Source of the DNA: Camelus ferus
Lineage: Eukaryota
Assembly: GCF_009834535.1 (NCBI RefSeq)
Contig: NC_045696.1
Span: forward strand, 27,840,001-27,904,000
Reading direction: 5' to 3'
Length of the DNA: 64,000 nucleotides
Part shown: positions 26,963 to 39,492 of the stretch, piece by piece
Position numbering within the stretch: position 1 is the stretch's first letter
How the letters are laid out: each line of letters begins with the position of its first letter
Notes under the pieces: model-generated
What the model was told of the DNA's origin: nothing
The model's input: only the letters and a program-made list of their open reading frames with translations
The model's database searches: none
Program-made: the position numbers and the translations under genes

Positions 26963-27384
26963 GGTAATAGAAATTTGAAATAAACCAAGAAATCAAGGTA
27001 AATTGTTTTGCCAACATGTTAGGATCAAAATGGATTAAAAAATCCTCACAGAAACAGACTTGGGACAATGAGAGAATTAGTGGGAGATCTGCATATTAAA
27101 CACAAACGTTTGGAAAATATTACAGTGTTGATTACATTTGAAACTATTAAATATGGAGGCTGCTTATACAAAAATACAGAGTTCAAGACATATTTGTACC
27201 CAAGTCTAAGTGGTGGAAAGAAGAAATTTCGGCAAAAAAGGAACAGCAAACAAACATGGAAAAATATGTATGGCTGCCTAGGAAGGAGAAAGTTAAAATA
27301 ACTAAAACAGAGAGGAGGAATTTGTTGGGTGTACCCTTCCTAAGATCCTTGGATTTTATGTCACATGACACAGATTTCCTAAAC

Positions 27385-28040
27385 GAGGCTTGGATAGGGA
27401 TAACATGCTGTGCTTTTAAAAAACTCAGATTCCCAGGTCTCAATCCTAACTTGAGTTTTGTCGTAGCATTTGAGTTATTTCAAGTTTTCACTGGCAGCCA
27501 ACAAGCAGTGAAAAGCAGTTAGTACTCTAGAGGAAGCCGTGGGACCCATTTGACACCAAGAGTTTGTGAAATCTGGATTCGAAAATTACCCTTTCAGTGT
27601 TTTCTCATGCAAACGTTCTTCTAGCATGTGATTTTGGGTAAACTAAAACTATTTTCAGTTTTTCTCAATTAACATTTTGAAAGTGTACTTCTGAAGTGAC
27701 GTTAGCTGAGTTAAAGTAGTTTTAAGATCGTTAAATGTGGATCACTTACACTGTGTCACTATGAACACATTGGGGAGGCGTGCTTTTTGTGTGTGTGTGT
27801 GGAAAACTCACAGTGCTAGATCCCTAATTCAAAGAGGAACATGTCTCATGTTTGTTCATTCTAGTTTATTTTCATTTAAAATCTTTTAGGTTAAGTTTAA
27901 GCTTTTTAAAAGTTATATTTGAAAACTGAGACACATTACTAATACTGTAAGAACTGGTGAGGACTCTTCAGGAGATGAGATGAGTATAGGAATTGGTTTT
28001 GGCAAGTTTTTCTCGGGTGGTTTTTATAACTGCCCAGAGG
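27385..28040. mobile_element. MER5-like MITE split by the HNRNPF 3' UTR insertion (arms ~27385-27453 and ~27963-28040)
   Basis: Left arm gcttttaaaaaactcagattcccaggtctc; right arm actct...aggaattggttttggcaagtttttctcgggtgg continues the MER5 pattern. Confidence 0.45.
27454..27962 (+). pseudogene. HNRNPF: Copied fragment of the HNRNPF mRNA 3' UTR (non-coding; no CDS or poly(A))
   Basis: Colinear similarity to the mammalian HNRNPF 3' UTR as I recall it: ggcagccaacaagca; ttcagtgttttctcatgcaaa; ttcttctagcatgtgat; gtaaactaaaactattttcag; gttaaatgtggatc; tctcatgtttgttcattctagttta; tttaggttaagtttaagctttttaaaagtta; tactaatactgta...tggtgagg. Confidence 0.85.
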
Positions 28041-28195
28041 CTGTTTCCTATGGAGATTAATTCCTAAGCAGTCCACAGAGAGATGGTGGTTTATGTTGAG
28101 ATAATACAGGTATAAAATATAGACTTGTCTCCAGGCATAGCTAACTAATATTACATTAGATGTGAACAGAGGTACTTTTCTAGATTAAAATAGAG

Positions 28196-28421
28196 CAGTA
28201 GTTCTCAGTCTGAGGCGATTTTGTCCCCCACAGAACACTAGGTAACATCTAGAGACAACTCTGATTATTACAAATTGGGGCAGGGGGAATGTTCTTTGCA
28301 TCTGGTGGGTGCAGAGGGGTGATGCATCTAAACCTCCTGCAGTGCAAAGGACAGCAGCCCTCCCCCTCCCCATAGCACAGAGCTACTCGCCCGTGGTCAA
28401 TACTGCTAAGACTGAGACACT
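28196..28421 (+). mobile_element. MER20 hAT-Charlie MITE
   Basis: cagtagttctca...gcgattttgtccccca...gcatctggtgggtgcagagg...taaacctcctgcagtgcaaaggacagc...gtcaatactgctaag. Confidence 0.85.
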
Positions 28422-28429
28422 ATAAAAGA

Positions 28430-28845
28430 AAGAGGAAGACAGTTAAATGCAATGCATGAATCTAGTTTAAATTATAATTTAAAAAATTCAGGACAACAGC
28501 AGCAGCTATAAGAGACATTCTCAGGGCACTTGTGGGAAATTTGTGCCTGGTCTAGCCAGTGTTTAATATAGAATTATTGTTCCCTTTCTAAGGAGTGATG
28601 TTATTATAGTTAAAAAAAAAGGAATGCTTTTATTTAAGACATGTGTGCTGAAGTATACAATCTAGTTTCAAATAATACAGGGAGCAAAGAAAATAATGTT
28701 CATACATATTTATATCTATCTCTAGACAGAGAGAACATAAACTTGGTAAAATATTAACAATTTTTAATATAGGAAGAGGTATATAAATGTTTATTTATTA
28801 TTCTATGAGTTTTTTGCCTTGTTTAAAATTTATTCCCTATAAAGT
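28430..28845 (+). mobile_element. L1ME-type 3' UTR
   Basis: taaatgcaatgcatgaatc; gaattattgtt; tgctgaagtat; tggtaaaatattaacaatt. Confidence 0.7.
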
Positions 28846-29490
28846 TGTGGCAAGTGTGGGAACAGAGGTGTAGGCAGTTGAAATGACTCAGTGAAGAATC
28901 TGACAACTTTGGCCAAACTTCTTTTATTTCACTTCTCTTCCCTCTTCCTCTTTATCTAGATGGCTTTGCTCTTGGCGGCGAACGATTCCAGACTGCCTCA
29001 CTAAAGGGAAGTCTTTCGCGTCCACTGCTGGCTCTAATTACCTGTGTGGTACCTGTGAATGGGAAACAACTCGGTGCCTTTCAAAAACCATGCCTTCAGG
29101 CACACAAAAGAGGAAAAGAGATAAAGACCCGCACTGTGTGGGGGAATATCTAACCCCCGCCTACAGCCACTTGCTAATCATGATATGATAACTCGAGTGA
29201 CTAAATTCCTACTGTGGCAAAGCTGTAATCTCTCCTGCGCTCTCCTTACCCAGCCACACATTCCAAGGTAATCAACAATTCTACTGAAGCAGATCTTTCA
29301 ACTCTGAACAGTTTATAAGCTGCTGCCATTTTTATTAAAGATACTGGTGCTTATTTACTCTTGCTAAACACTCAAAAATATTTTTTCAGTGTTTCGTCGT
29401 GCTTTGCATACTGGGGCGCTTTGTAGGTACTTGATGAGTTCATGTGGTATTTTCTACAACTGGTCAACATAGTAAAATGTTACTGAGACA

Positions 29491-29623
29491 GGGGAGGGTA
29501 ATAGCTCAAGTGGTAGAGTGCATGTTTGGTATGCACAAGGTCCTGGGTTCAATCCCCAGTACCTCCTCTAAAACTAAATAAATAAATCAACCCAATTACT
29601 TCCCTCCCCCCCCCAAACAAAAC
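29491..29623 (+). mobile_element. Camelid tRNA-Ala-derived SINE (Vic-1 type), full length
   Basis: ggggagggtaatagctcaagtggtagag...ggtcctgggttcaatccccagtacctcc, (aaat)n, C-run, A-rich tail; TSD remnant tactgaga on both sides. Confidence 0.9.
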
Positions 29624-30588
29624 AAATAATACTGAGAGGTTAATATGTGTGGAATTCGTATGGGATTAGGTCAAGAATAATTTCTGAGAAAAGAGTAATT
29701 AAAGTCAGTTTCATATACACCAAAGCCTAGGTAAACAGATGCAGTGATAGCAATTCATTGAATATACTTTCTTGCCTTTGATGTAAATGGCTATCTGTTG
29801 GTTACTATTCATATTCATAGAGCTATATTGTCATTTGATTTCTGAGTTAAATTAGAATAAAATACATTTCTACAAAACAGAACTGGCAGTGGCTTAACAG
29901 AAGTCGCTTCTGATGATGACAACATTTTGAATATGTTATATTTTTCAGACCAGAATTAAGGATACTCTAGATGCTATTTTCTCATACTTTTACTTATTTA
30001 GAGGTCTGAAACCCAGGTGGGATGAATGGAAGTAGGTTGAAATTGACTTTTAATTCTGCAGTTATGGTAATGTGGAAAATTATCTGTCTTAAACAGGCAG
30101 GCTGACCTGTGATTTCATTTTATAAGACTTTTATTAGATTCTGACTTTATTAACTCTTTTTAAAGGTCATATTTAAAAAAATGTTTGAACATATATGTTT
30201 AGCACCATGGTCTAACTGAATATTGAGCATCTAAGTGAATATTTCCAGGTTTCAATTTTTTTTTCTGTGAAGAGATCAAACCACTTCTCAGGAGTTTTGC
30301 AATGTTATGTTAGCATCAACTTTCCAACGGAAGCTTGACTCTTCTAATAAAATTTCCTAAATTACAAAGTTTCAATGTGAATCCCTATTTCCTTAGGAGA
30401 GCTTCATAAATATATTCACCACTTTAGATCATTGAGTCATATCATTTTAAAATTAATCATTTTCAAAATGATACATATTTTAGAACTGAAAGCATATGTA
30501 TTATAATAATGATTACTTTGAATAATTATTCAGGATAAAGAGCTGGGTTATACTTTAGATTGAAATAGTTGAGTTGAAATAGTTTTCT

Positions 30589-31631
30589 TCTTTTTAATTT
30601 TTTTAAATTAAGTATAATTAAGTATAGTTAATTTAGAATCTTGTGTTAGTTTCTGGTGTACAGCAAAGTGATTCAATTATATATGTATATATACTTTTTC
30701 ATATTCTTTTACATTATAGTTATTATAAGATATTGAATATAGTTCCCTGAGCTGTACAGTGGGACTTTGTTGTTTATTTTATGTATAGTAGTTTGTATCT
30801 GCTCATCCAAAACTCCTAATTTATCCTTCCCCTGCCTTTCCTGTTCGGTAACCACAAGTTTGTTTCCTATGTCTGTGGGTCTGTTTTTCTTTTGTAAATA
30901 AGTTCATTTGTATCACATTTTAGGTTCCACATATAAGTGATATCATATGATATGTGTCTTTTTCCAACTGACTTACTTTACTTAGTACGTCCATCCATGT
31001 TGCTGCAAATGGCATTATTTCATTCTTTTTTTATGGCTGCTTCCATGTCTTGATTATTGTAAATAGTGCTGCAGTGAACATTGGGGTGCATGTATCTTTT
31101 TGAATTAGAGTTCTCTTTGGATATATGCCCAGGAGTGGGATTGCTGGATCATATGATAACTCTATTTCTATTTTTTTAAGGAACCTCCATACTGTTTCCA
31201 TAGTGGCTGCACCAATTCACATTCCCACCAACAGTGTAGGAGGGTTCCCTTTCTCCACGCCTTCTCCAGCATTTATTATTTGTAGATATTTTAATGATGG
31301 CCATTCTGAGTGATGTGAGGTGATTGATACCTCATTGTAGTTTTGTTTCTCTAATAGTTAGCAATGTTGAGCATCTTTTCAAGTGCCTACTGGCCATCTG
31401 TATGTCTTCTTTGAAGAAATGTCTATTTAGGTTTTCTACCCATTTTTTGATTGTTTTTTTTTTAATTGAGTTGTATGAGCTATTTTTATATTTTGGAAAT
31501 TAAGCCCCTATCAGTCACATCATTTGCAAATATTTTCTTCCAGTCCTTAGGTTGTTTTTTCTTTTGGTTCATGGTTTCCTTTGCTGTGCAGAAGCTTCTA
31601 AGTTTGATTAAGTCTCATTTGTTTATTGCTT
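30589..31631 (-). mobile_element. 5'-truncated cetartiodactyl L1 (ORF2 end + 3' UTR) with perfect 15-bp TSD
   Basis: TSD ttgaaatagttttct at 30574-30588 and 31632-31646; L1 motifs gatatatgcccaggagtgggattgctggatcatatg and tttcctttgctgtgcagaagctt. Confidence 0.95.
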
Positions 31632-33744
31632 TTGAAATAGTTTTCTAATGGATACTTTATTTGATGTTATGATAATTATGACAATTTCAATTGTAGACAG
31701 TCAAAATATTAAATTTAATTTAAACTTCTCTTGGAGTTTACAATATGGTGATATGTAAAAAGTTGGCAAAAGTGTGTGTGTGTGTATATAAAGTTTTATA
31801 GATTAACAGATACATAGACAGGCAAACATATCAAAGTCTGCAAAGGAATATACCCAGAATTTTGATAGTATTTATATCTAGGGATTGATAATACAGAGGG
31901 GATACAGTGAGGTTGTAATTTTTCCTTTGTGTTTACTTTTATTTTCTAAATATTTCAGTGACATACATTAAATGCTAATATGTATATATATGTCTTTAAA
32001 AACCACTGGATAATCCTGTTTGCTTTATTTTAGGATTTTGGAGAAAGCCTAAACTTCTCTAAAATGGTAGCATATTTGTTTGACTGAAAATCTTTCTGAT
32101 GATGGTCAAGGTCAAGTATTAGCTTGTATCCAGAACAGCCTAAATTATCCTCTCAAGGAACTGCATTAAATGATGATGACGTGATAGGTGACTAAATCCC
32201 TCTTTGTCACCAAGTTAATTATGGGATTTAACTTGTAACCTGGTTCAGGGCTAAGTTGTGACAAACAAAAGTGACATCTAACATGTCAAGCAATTTTGAT
32301 ATATTCAACCACAGGCAATAAACGGCAACACCCTGTTATTGGCAAAAACATCTTAGAGTCCTTACAAAGGAGATAGGATCAGAGAATATCTGGCAAACAG
32401 GTGAGCTGATGGTGAGCTGCCACAAGCAGGGGCAGAACAATTGCTTTAAAATCTTGCTGAAGTATAAGGACAAATACAGCATGTAACATTCAAATGTCAA
32501 GGAAGAAGAGTAGCTTGCCCATTCACCTGAGCACATCAATCAGAAATAAAGAGGTTCATTTTGAACAAAGGTACTGAATGAATGAACCATGGGCCTTACA
32601 ACCAAATATAGTATACTGTGAATAGAAGTTGACACGTGGACTCAGGTGGGAGAGAGACTCTGTTAGTTTTGTTACATCGAGATACACATAGATAATAACA
32701 CAAATATCAGGAACATCTTTGATTATGGCCAAATTGACTATAAATTGTGTTAATATTAAAATACATGCATTGATTTGCACCTCTTACATCTGAGATATTA
32801 TTTCATGGTTACAAGCAGAAATGAGGGAAGGATTCCCTTTTAAAAATTCAGTCCTTGGCCGGTTCAGGGGTGGGTTCTGGGAGCATATAGGAAACACACC
32901 AGTGGAAAAAGTTTCATAACATAGGTGTGTACAAAGTGATTTGGAGGTAGAGGACTAAGAAACTAATTCTAATTGTGATATAGGAAAGGCATCCCGTTGG
33001 ATGTCATGTTTGTGCTGGACTTTGAATTATAAACAGTTTTCTCTCTCTGATGAAAACTATCTCAGGCAGGCATTTGGCTAATGCTGTATGATGCATTTCT
33101 CAGCAAAAGTTACCAGTGAATTATGCATCTTATGTTTTTGAGTAGAAAAAGAAACAAATACTTTAGAAACTTCATATGCATACGGCAGAAATGTTTGTAT
33201 ACTTTCTCCCATATCCAAAGGGACAAAAGACAGGAAATTTATACTTGAAAATTCAAATTTTCTTCTCCAAAATAAACCTGGTTATGACTGAATAATCATT
33301 CAATTGAAAACTCAAAGTTTAATTAGAAAAATAATATTAGTAGAGCCTAACTATTAGTATGCCACTGCTTTAATAACATTCAAACAACATACTATAGCAC
33401 AAGAGTTGGAAAACAATCTACTCAAATCTGGGTTTCTGTCTTGCTTGGTTTCTTAGGGTTTCTGATACTGACTATATTTGAGAAGATAACTCTGAAAAAT
33501 CTTTGCAAAATAAAGTAAAATGCAGTATTTTAGCATAAACATTCATGAGTTCTGGATTTGTTTCATTTATGACCTAGGTTTAATGGAAGTAACAGAATCA
33601 CAGAGGGGTAAGAAGCCTATGAGGATAAACTGGAAGTAAATGTTTGCTCATACTCATGAGGATAGCAAGATCCAGAGAGAATCTAAGTGACTTGCTCACC
33701 AGACATAGCATTAGCTAAATTTTCATTGGGTTCAGAAACTTTAA

Positions 33745-36595
33745 TAATTGTTGGAAAACTCAATATCCTACTTTCAATAATGGAAAGTCAGTTAGTAAGA
33801 AAATCAAAAAGGAAACAGAAGATTTGAATAGCACTATAAACCAAATGCACTCCATGCAACAGCAGCAGAATATATATTATTCTTAAGTGTACACTTAACA
33901 GTCTCTAGGATAGGCCACATGCTAGGCCATAAAACAAACCTCATTAAATTTGAGAGAATAGAAATAATACAAGGTACATTTGCCAACCATAATGGAATGA
34001 AATTAGAAAACAATAACAGAAATAAGTTTTGGAAAATCACAAATATGTGGAAATTATAAAACATACTTCTAAATAACCAAAGGGTCAAAGAAGACATCAT
34101 GAGGGAAATTAGGAAATACTTTGAGAGGAATAAAAGTGAAGACACAATATATAAAAAGTAATGGGATACAGCTAAAACAATGCTCAGAAGGAAATTTATA
34201 GCTACAAAATACCCACATAAGAAAGAAGAAATATCTCAAATTAATGACCTAACATTCCATATAAGATACTGGGAAAAGAAGAATAAAGTAAACCTAAAGC
34301 AAGCAGAAAAAAGGAAATGATAAAGAGTAAAGTGGAAAGTATTGAAATAGAGAAGAGAAAGACAGTAGAGAAGATTGACGAAACCGAAAGATGATTATTT
34401 AAAAAAATCAGCACTGTTGACAGACCTTTAGCTAGATTGATTAGGTAGAGAGAGAGAGAGAGATTTCAATTTCTAGAATCAGATCAATAAAAGAGGACAG
34501 TGCTCCCAAACTTACTGAAATAAAAAATATTACAAAGGGACACTCTGAATAATTATACACCAAATATATTAAATAATTTAGATGAAATGGACAAATTCCT
34601 AAAAAGACATACCATTGAAACTCATGCAAGAAATAGACAATTGCACAGATCTATAAAAGAAAAGATATTGAATTAGTAGTTAATTTTGTTCCAAAGGAAA
34701 GGCCAAGCCCAGATGCTTCACCAGTGAGTTCTACAATACATTTAAAGAAAAATTAATACTAATTCTTCAAAAAGTCTTGTAAAAAAGAATAGGGAAACTC
34801 CCCAACTCATTCTATGAAGTCAATAAAACCCTGACACCCAAAAACAGGCTAAGACACCACAAGAAAAGAAAACCACAGGTGAATATCTCCTGTGAAAGTA
34901 TATGTAAAAATTTCAACAAAATACTAGCAAATTAAATCCAGCAACATGTTAAAAAAATGCACCATAACCAAATGGTATTTATCCCAGTGATGCAAGGTTG
35001 GTTTAACATCCAAAAAACAAATAATGTAATACATCATATCAACACAACAATACCCCAAAACTATATGATAATCTCTATAGACACAGAAAAATTTTTTTAA
35101 ATAATTCAGCACCTTTTCATGATAAAAAAAATATAAAGAAAAGCATAAAAAGGTACTTCCTCAAACTGATGAAGGACAGTTACTAAAACAACACAGCTAG
35201 CACCATGATTAATGGTGAAAGGCTGGATGCATTACCCCTATGATCAGGAACAACAAAAGGATGTCTGCTTTCTCTACTTCTGTTCAACATTGTGCTGGAG
35301 GTTCTAGCCAGGACATTTAAGTGAGGAAAAGAAAAGCTATCCAGACTGAAAAGGAAGAAATAAAACTATCATATTCACAGCTGATATGATTTTATATATA
35401 GAAAATCCTAAGCAATACACTAAAAAATGATTAGAACTAAGTGAGTTCAGTAAGGCTGAAGAGTACAAAAACAATATACAAGAATCAATTCTATTTCTAT
35501 AGAACTGCAATGAACAATCCAAAAACAAAATTAAGAAAATAATTCCATTTATGTCAAAAAGAATATAATATTTATAAATAAATTTAACAAAAAGAGTGCA
35601 AAACTTTGATAACTACAAAATATTGTTAAATGGAAGAAGATTGAAATTTAAATGGAATAACATCTCATGGATCAGAAGCTCTAATATTGTTAAGATGGTA
35701 TACTCCCTAAATTAATCTAGGGATTCAGTGCAATCTCTATTAGAATCTCAGCTTGTTCATTGTAGAAACTGACAAGCTAGTTTTAAAATTTATATGTATT
35801 ACAAGGAAATGAGAATAGTCAAAATAATCTTGTAAAAGAACAAAGTTGGAAGCTTCACATTTCCCAATTTTATTTATTCCACAGCAACAGTAATCAGGAC
35901 AGGGTAGTACTGATAGAAGACTGATGAATAGAATTAAAACTTCAAAAATAAACTTGTGTGTCTATGGCCAATTGATTTTCAATAAGTGTACCAAGCACAT
36001 GCAACAGGGAAAAAATAGTCTTTTCAACAAATAGTTCTCACACAGCTATATATTCACATGCAAAAGAATTAAATTCTTCCCTCACAAATATATATATAAT
36101 ATTTACAAAAATTAAGTCAAAATAAGTCAAAGACCTAAATATAACATCTAAAACTATACAACTCTTAGAAGAAACACAGGGGTGAATCCACATGACGTCA
36201 GATTTTACTATGAGAAAACAAATGTCCACAGAAAACCTTGTATACAAATGTTCATTGTAGCTTTATTCCCAATAGACAAAAGGTGGTATGTTCATCAATT
36301 GATGAATGGATAAACAAAATCTGGTATATCCATACAATGGAATGTTATTTAGCCATTAAAAGGAACAAACGTATGGATACATGCTACAACATGGATGAAT
36401 CTTGAAAACATTATGCTAAGTGAAAGAGGTTAGTTACAAAACTTACATATATGATATGTTTACATTTATATGAAATAACCAGAATAGGCAATTCTATAGA
36501 GACAGGAAGTACTTGAAAAAACACTGAACCGTATACTTCAAATGGGTGAGTTGCAAGGTATGTGAATTATATCTCAAAAAAAGCTCTTAAGAAAA
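33745..36595 (+). mobile_element. Decayed L1MB-type LINE: ORF2 endonuclease-RT region plus 3' UTR, with internal deletions
   Basis: EN remnant aaccataatggaatgaaattagaaa; RT remnant GTTKGCLLSLLLFNIVLEVLA (~35247) and FTADM for FADDM (35374-35388); many stops and frameshifts; 3' end gtatgtgaattatatctcaa. Confidence 0.95.
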
Positions 36596-38779
36596 CAAGA
36601 TTCCAGGCCTCTACCAGACAAATGGAAATTACGGTTAAATAAAATCATTTTGCTTCATAGTTTTATACTGTCCTATGCAGTTCAAATGCATTATCTCATT
36701 TAATATCAGAAACAACCATGGAGAAAAAAAAATTAAACTCCATAAAGTAGTTCAGGGAGCCACTAATAATTTCTCAACTTTATGAAGAGGTTTTCTTTAA
36801 AAGATAAATGATACAAATCAATATTCTGTTAAATGTCAAAGTTCCATTCAAATTTAAATTGTCTATGTAGCTGATAGTAATTAAGCAGCCCGTAGATGTC
36901 TATGTTCCAAAAAGATATTTTACTTTTACAAAATCAAGTATTTAGTTAAAGTTCCCAATGACTTTAGGATAATACTTATAGTTCTTTCCATATAGGATTT
37001 TTGATGAGTATTCATTTCATCCCTGCTCAGTGAAACTATCCGAATATGATGTTTATTTTCATTATATCTTGCCTTTAAAAAAAAACATGAAATAAAGCTA
37101 CATAAAAGCTAATGCACTATCCAGTGGTTATTTCTAACAAAAGGGATCTGATTGAAAAAAAAAAAAAAACAACTTGTGGGAAATTGTAAGGAGGGCACCA
37201 TATGTCCTTTGCACACATGTTGGTACTAGTTCCCATAGCTGGAAAGATGATTTAAAGTACACTATGTGCAACCTGCTTTTCTGGTAATTACAAATCAAGA
37301 CATATGTCTTTGCAACAGTAAGGAGTTAACTGCCATTTTAAGTGCTCCTCCAGCCCTGCTGAGTTAATTCCATTACACAGAAATCCCAACAAAGGTAATT
37401 TCGAACAGAGCATCCTGTTGGTCGATTTTCCTTTTGCTGAGCTTCTGCTTTTTGAACTGCAGGATGGCTAACTAGAGATCCCATCAAACTGCTAGGCTTA
37501 CTTTCCTTCAGAGTGCAGGCCTCCATGATGCTTTATTCCTATGCACAATGTCCATACAAATGATATTTTGCTCCTCTGTTCTCTGGTCTTTCTTTACTAT
37601 TTAATTCATCAACTAAAAAAGAATTATAGATACTCACTGTTTATAAGTTTGGTGAATTCATTTCATGTGTATACACAGGTTTCAAATTCACATACACAGA
37701 ATACAGCTATTACACATATTGAAAAGAAACAAAGCTAGCTATATGTTAATCTATTAATATTGTACTGTCTAGAAAGAGCTAAGGATCATATTAACCTTTA
37801 AACTTGTACAACTGGATAACATTAATGCTTTAGTAATAAGGAGGTAATTTGCTTATTGACAAACTTCCTAAATGTGTCTATCCATAATAAAAGTTTGAGA
37901 CTAGAGCAAAAGTACAAAGAGACAATGTAGTCAATTGAATGTATTATTTTTTATGTTCAGACTGTGGCAATCACTATTCTCAGATATTTAGTCAATATTA
38001 GATGTAAAGTACTGTTCTGTGTCTCTGAGACAAATTGTTAGGATTCCGTGGAAGAGACAGACAAATTGCTGTTATGTGGGAAATGCTGTAATAGATACAT
38101 GATTAAAATAGAAGTAAAGAGAAAAAAAAAATATTTCTGATTGGTTGAATCTGAAAGAATTAATTTCACAGAAAAGAATATACACCCAAACACATGCACA
38201 TACATACACACAATCACACACTCAGTCAAAAATAATTGTGCCTGAGAAACCGAACTTAGATTAGACATGTGATTCCTTATTGTCCTGTGAAATGATGGGA
38301 AGTTCAGTATGGCTGTACCTGATGATCTTTTACCTGCTCAATCCCCCGATTCAAGAGTATGGACATGGAAATGCTGGGGCTAAACTCAGGGTTCTTTTAT
38401 ACCCAGCTAAATAACTTTGATTTATTCCACTGATAGGAAGTCAAAAGGAAGCTAATAAAAGTTTTAAGCAGAGTGCTATGCTGGCAGTGTGGAGGGTGTA
38501 CTAGAAGTTAGGTTCCAAAGGAATAGGAAAAAAGTTACTGCCATAGTATAGGAAAGGCACTACATCACATTGCTGCTGCTACTTCTATTACTACAAAAAC
38601 TATCACTACCACCACCTCCCTACCTCCGTTATTGTATAGCATTTACTGAGCACCCCCCTGTGCCAGTGACTCCTCTAAGTAGTTAACGTGACAATTAGAC
38701 CTAATCTTCACCACCACTGTTCATGTGGCAAGGAGAATGATAAGAACATTGTTTTCCCCATTCTTTTCAGGATTCTGTA

Positions 38780-39278
38780 TCTGCCACTTGAGCTCATCTA
38801 GATATGCAGGCTCTTGCCTCCTTCATCTTATCTCAATCAACTTCCTCCTGACCTTTTCCATTCCTCTGCCCTCCAAAGGCCTGATTTACCAATGATGACT
38901 GCTCTCACATCAGTTTCCTTCATTACTTTGCATCCCTATCATTCCACTGGAGCTGCTCAGCAGAATTCCAAACAAACCAGTGCTGTACCCCTCATCTCTG
39001 CTCTGCAATTATGTAGCTGAGTTCTCTGGATTATATCACTCAAGTATGTCAACTGGCACAATAACAAATCAAGGTTTCCAATGATAGCAGAGCTTTCAGC
39101 ACCACTGACCAACCTTCATGGATTTGTCATCAGATCCTCCTCTCACTTCCTTCCCTGTCTAATTTTGACACATTTGCCACGCTTTGTGAGTTATCTACTC
39201 AAACAGGTAATGGACACTACTGCAGAAGAGTGAAATTACTAGACCTACTCATGTTGCTCCTCTACTTAAAGCTCTTTG
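38780..39278 (+). mobile_element. L2 internal fragment, highly degraded
   Basis: Pyrimidine-rich L2-like sequence ending catgttgctcctctacttaaagctcttt. Confidence 0.45.
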
Positions 39279-39365
39279 ATAATAATGATGATGATAATAG
39301 TGATAATAGTAATGATAGATCAAGCCTAGAGGTGTCTATTTTGGAGTTATTAGCATATAGATCTT

Positions 39366-39492
39366 TTTTTTTTAACATTTTTTATTGATTTATAATCATT
39401 TTGCAATGTTGTGTCAAATTCCAGTGTTCAGCACAATTTTTTCAGTCATTCATGGACATATACACACTCATTGTCACATTTTTTTCTCTGTG
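39366..39492 (-). mobile_element. Young camelid L1 3' tip (127 bp) with perfect 14-bp TSD
   Basis: TSD agcatatagatctt at 39352-39365 and 39493-39506; poly-T followed by ttttattgatttataatcatttt...aatgttgtgtcaaattccagtg. Confidence 0.95.

Noticed and set aside
29491..29566. Functional tRNA-Ala gene (also 9257-9333)
   Set aside because: SINE heads with a 5' extension, SINE tail, TSDs and broken stems.
33834..36247. Several minus-strand hydrophobic ORFs
   Set aside because: Antisense readings of the A-rich decayed L1.
37338..37526. 62-aa minus-strand ORF with good Kozak context (atcATGG)
   Set aside because: No recognisable product, weak upstream acceptor and no partner exons; length expected by chance.
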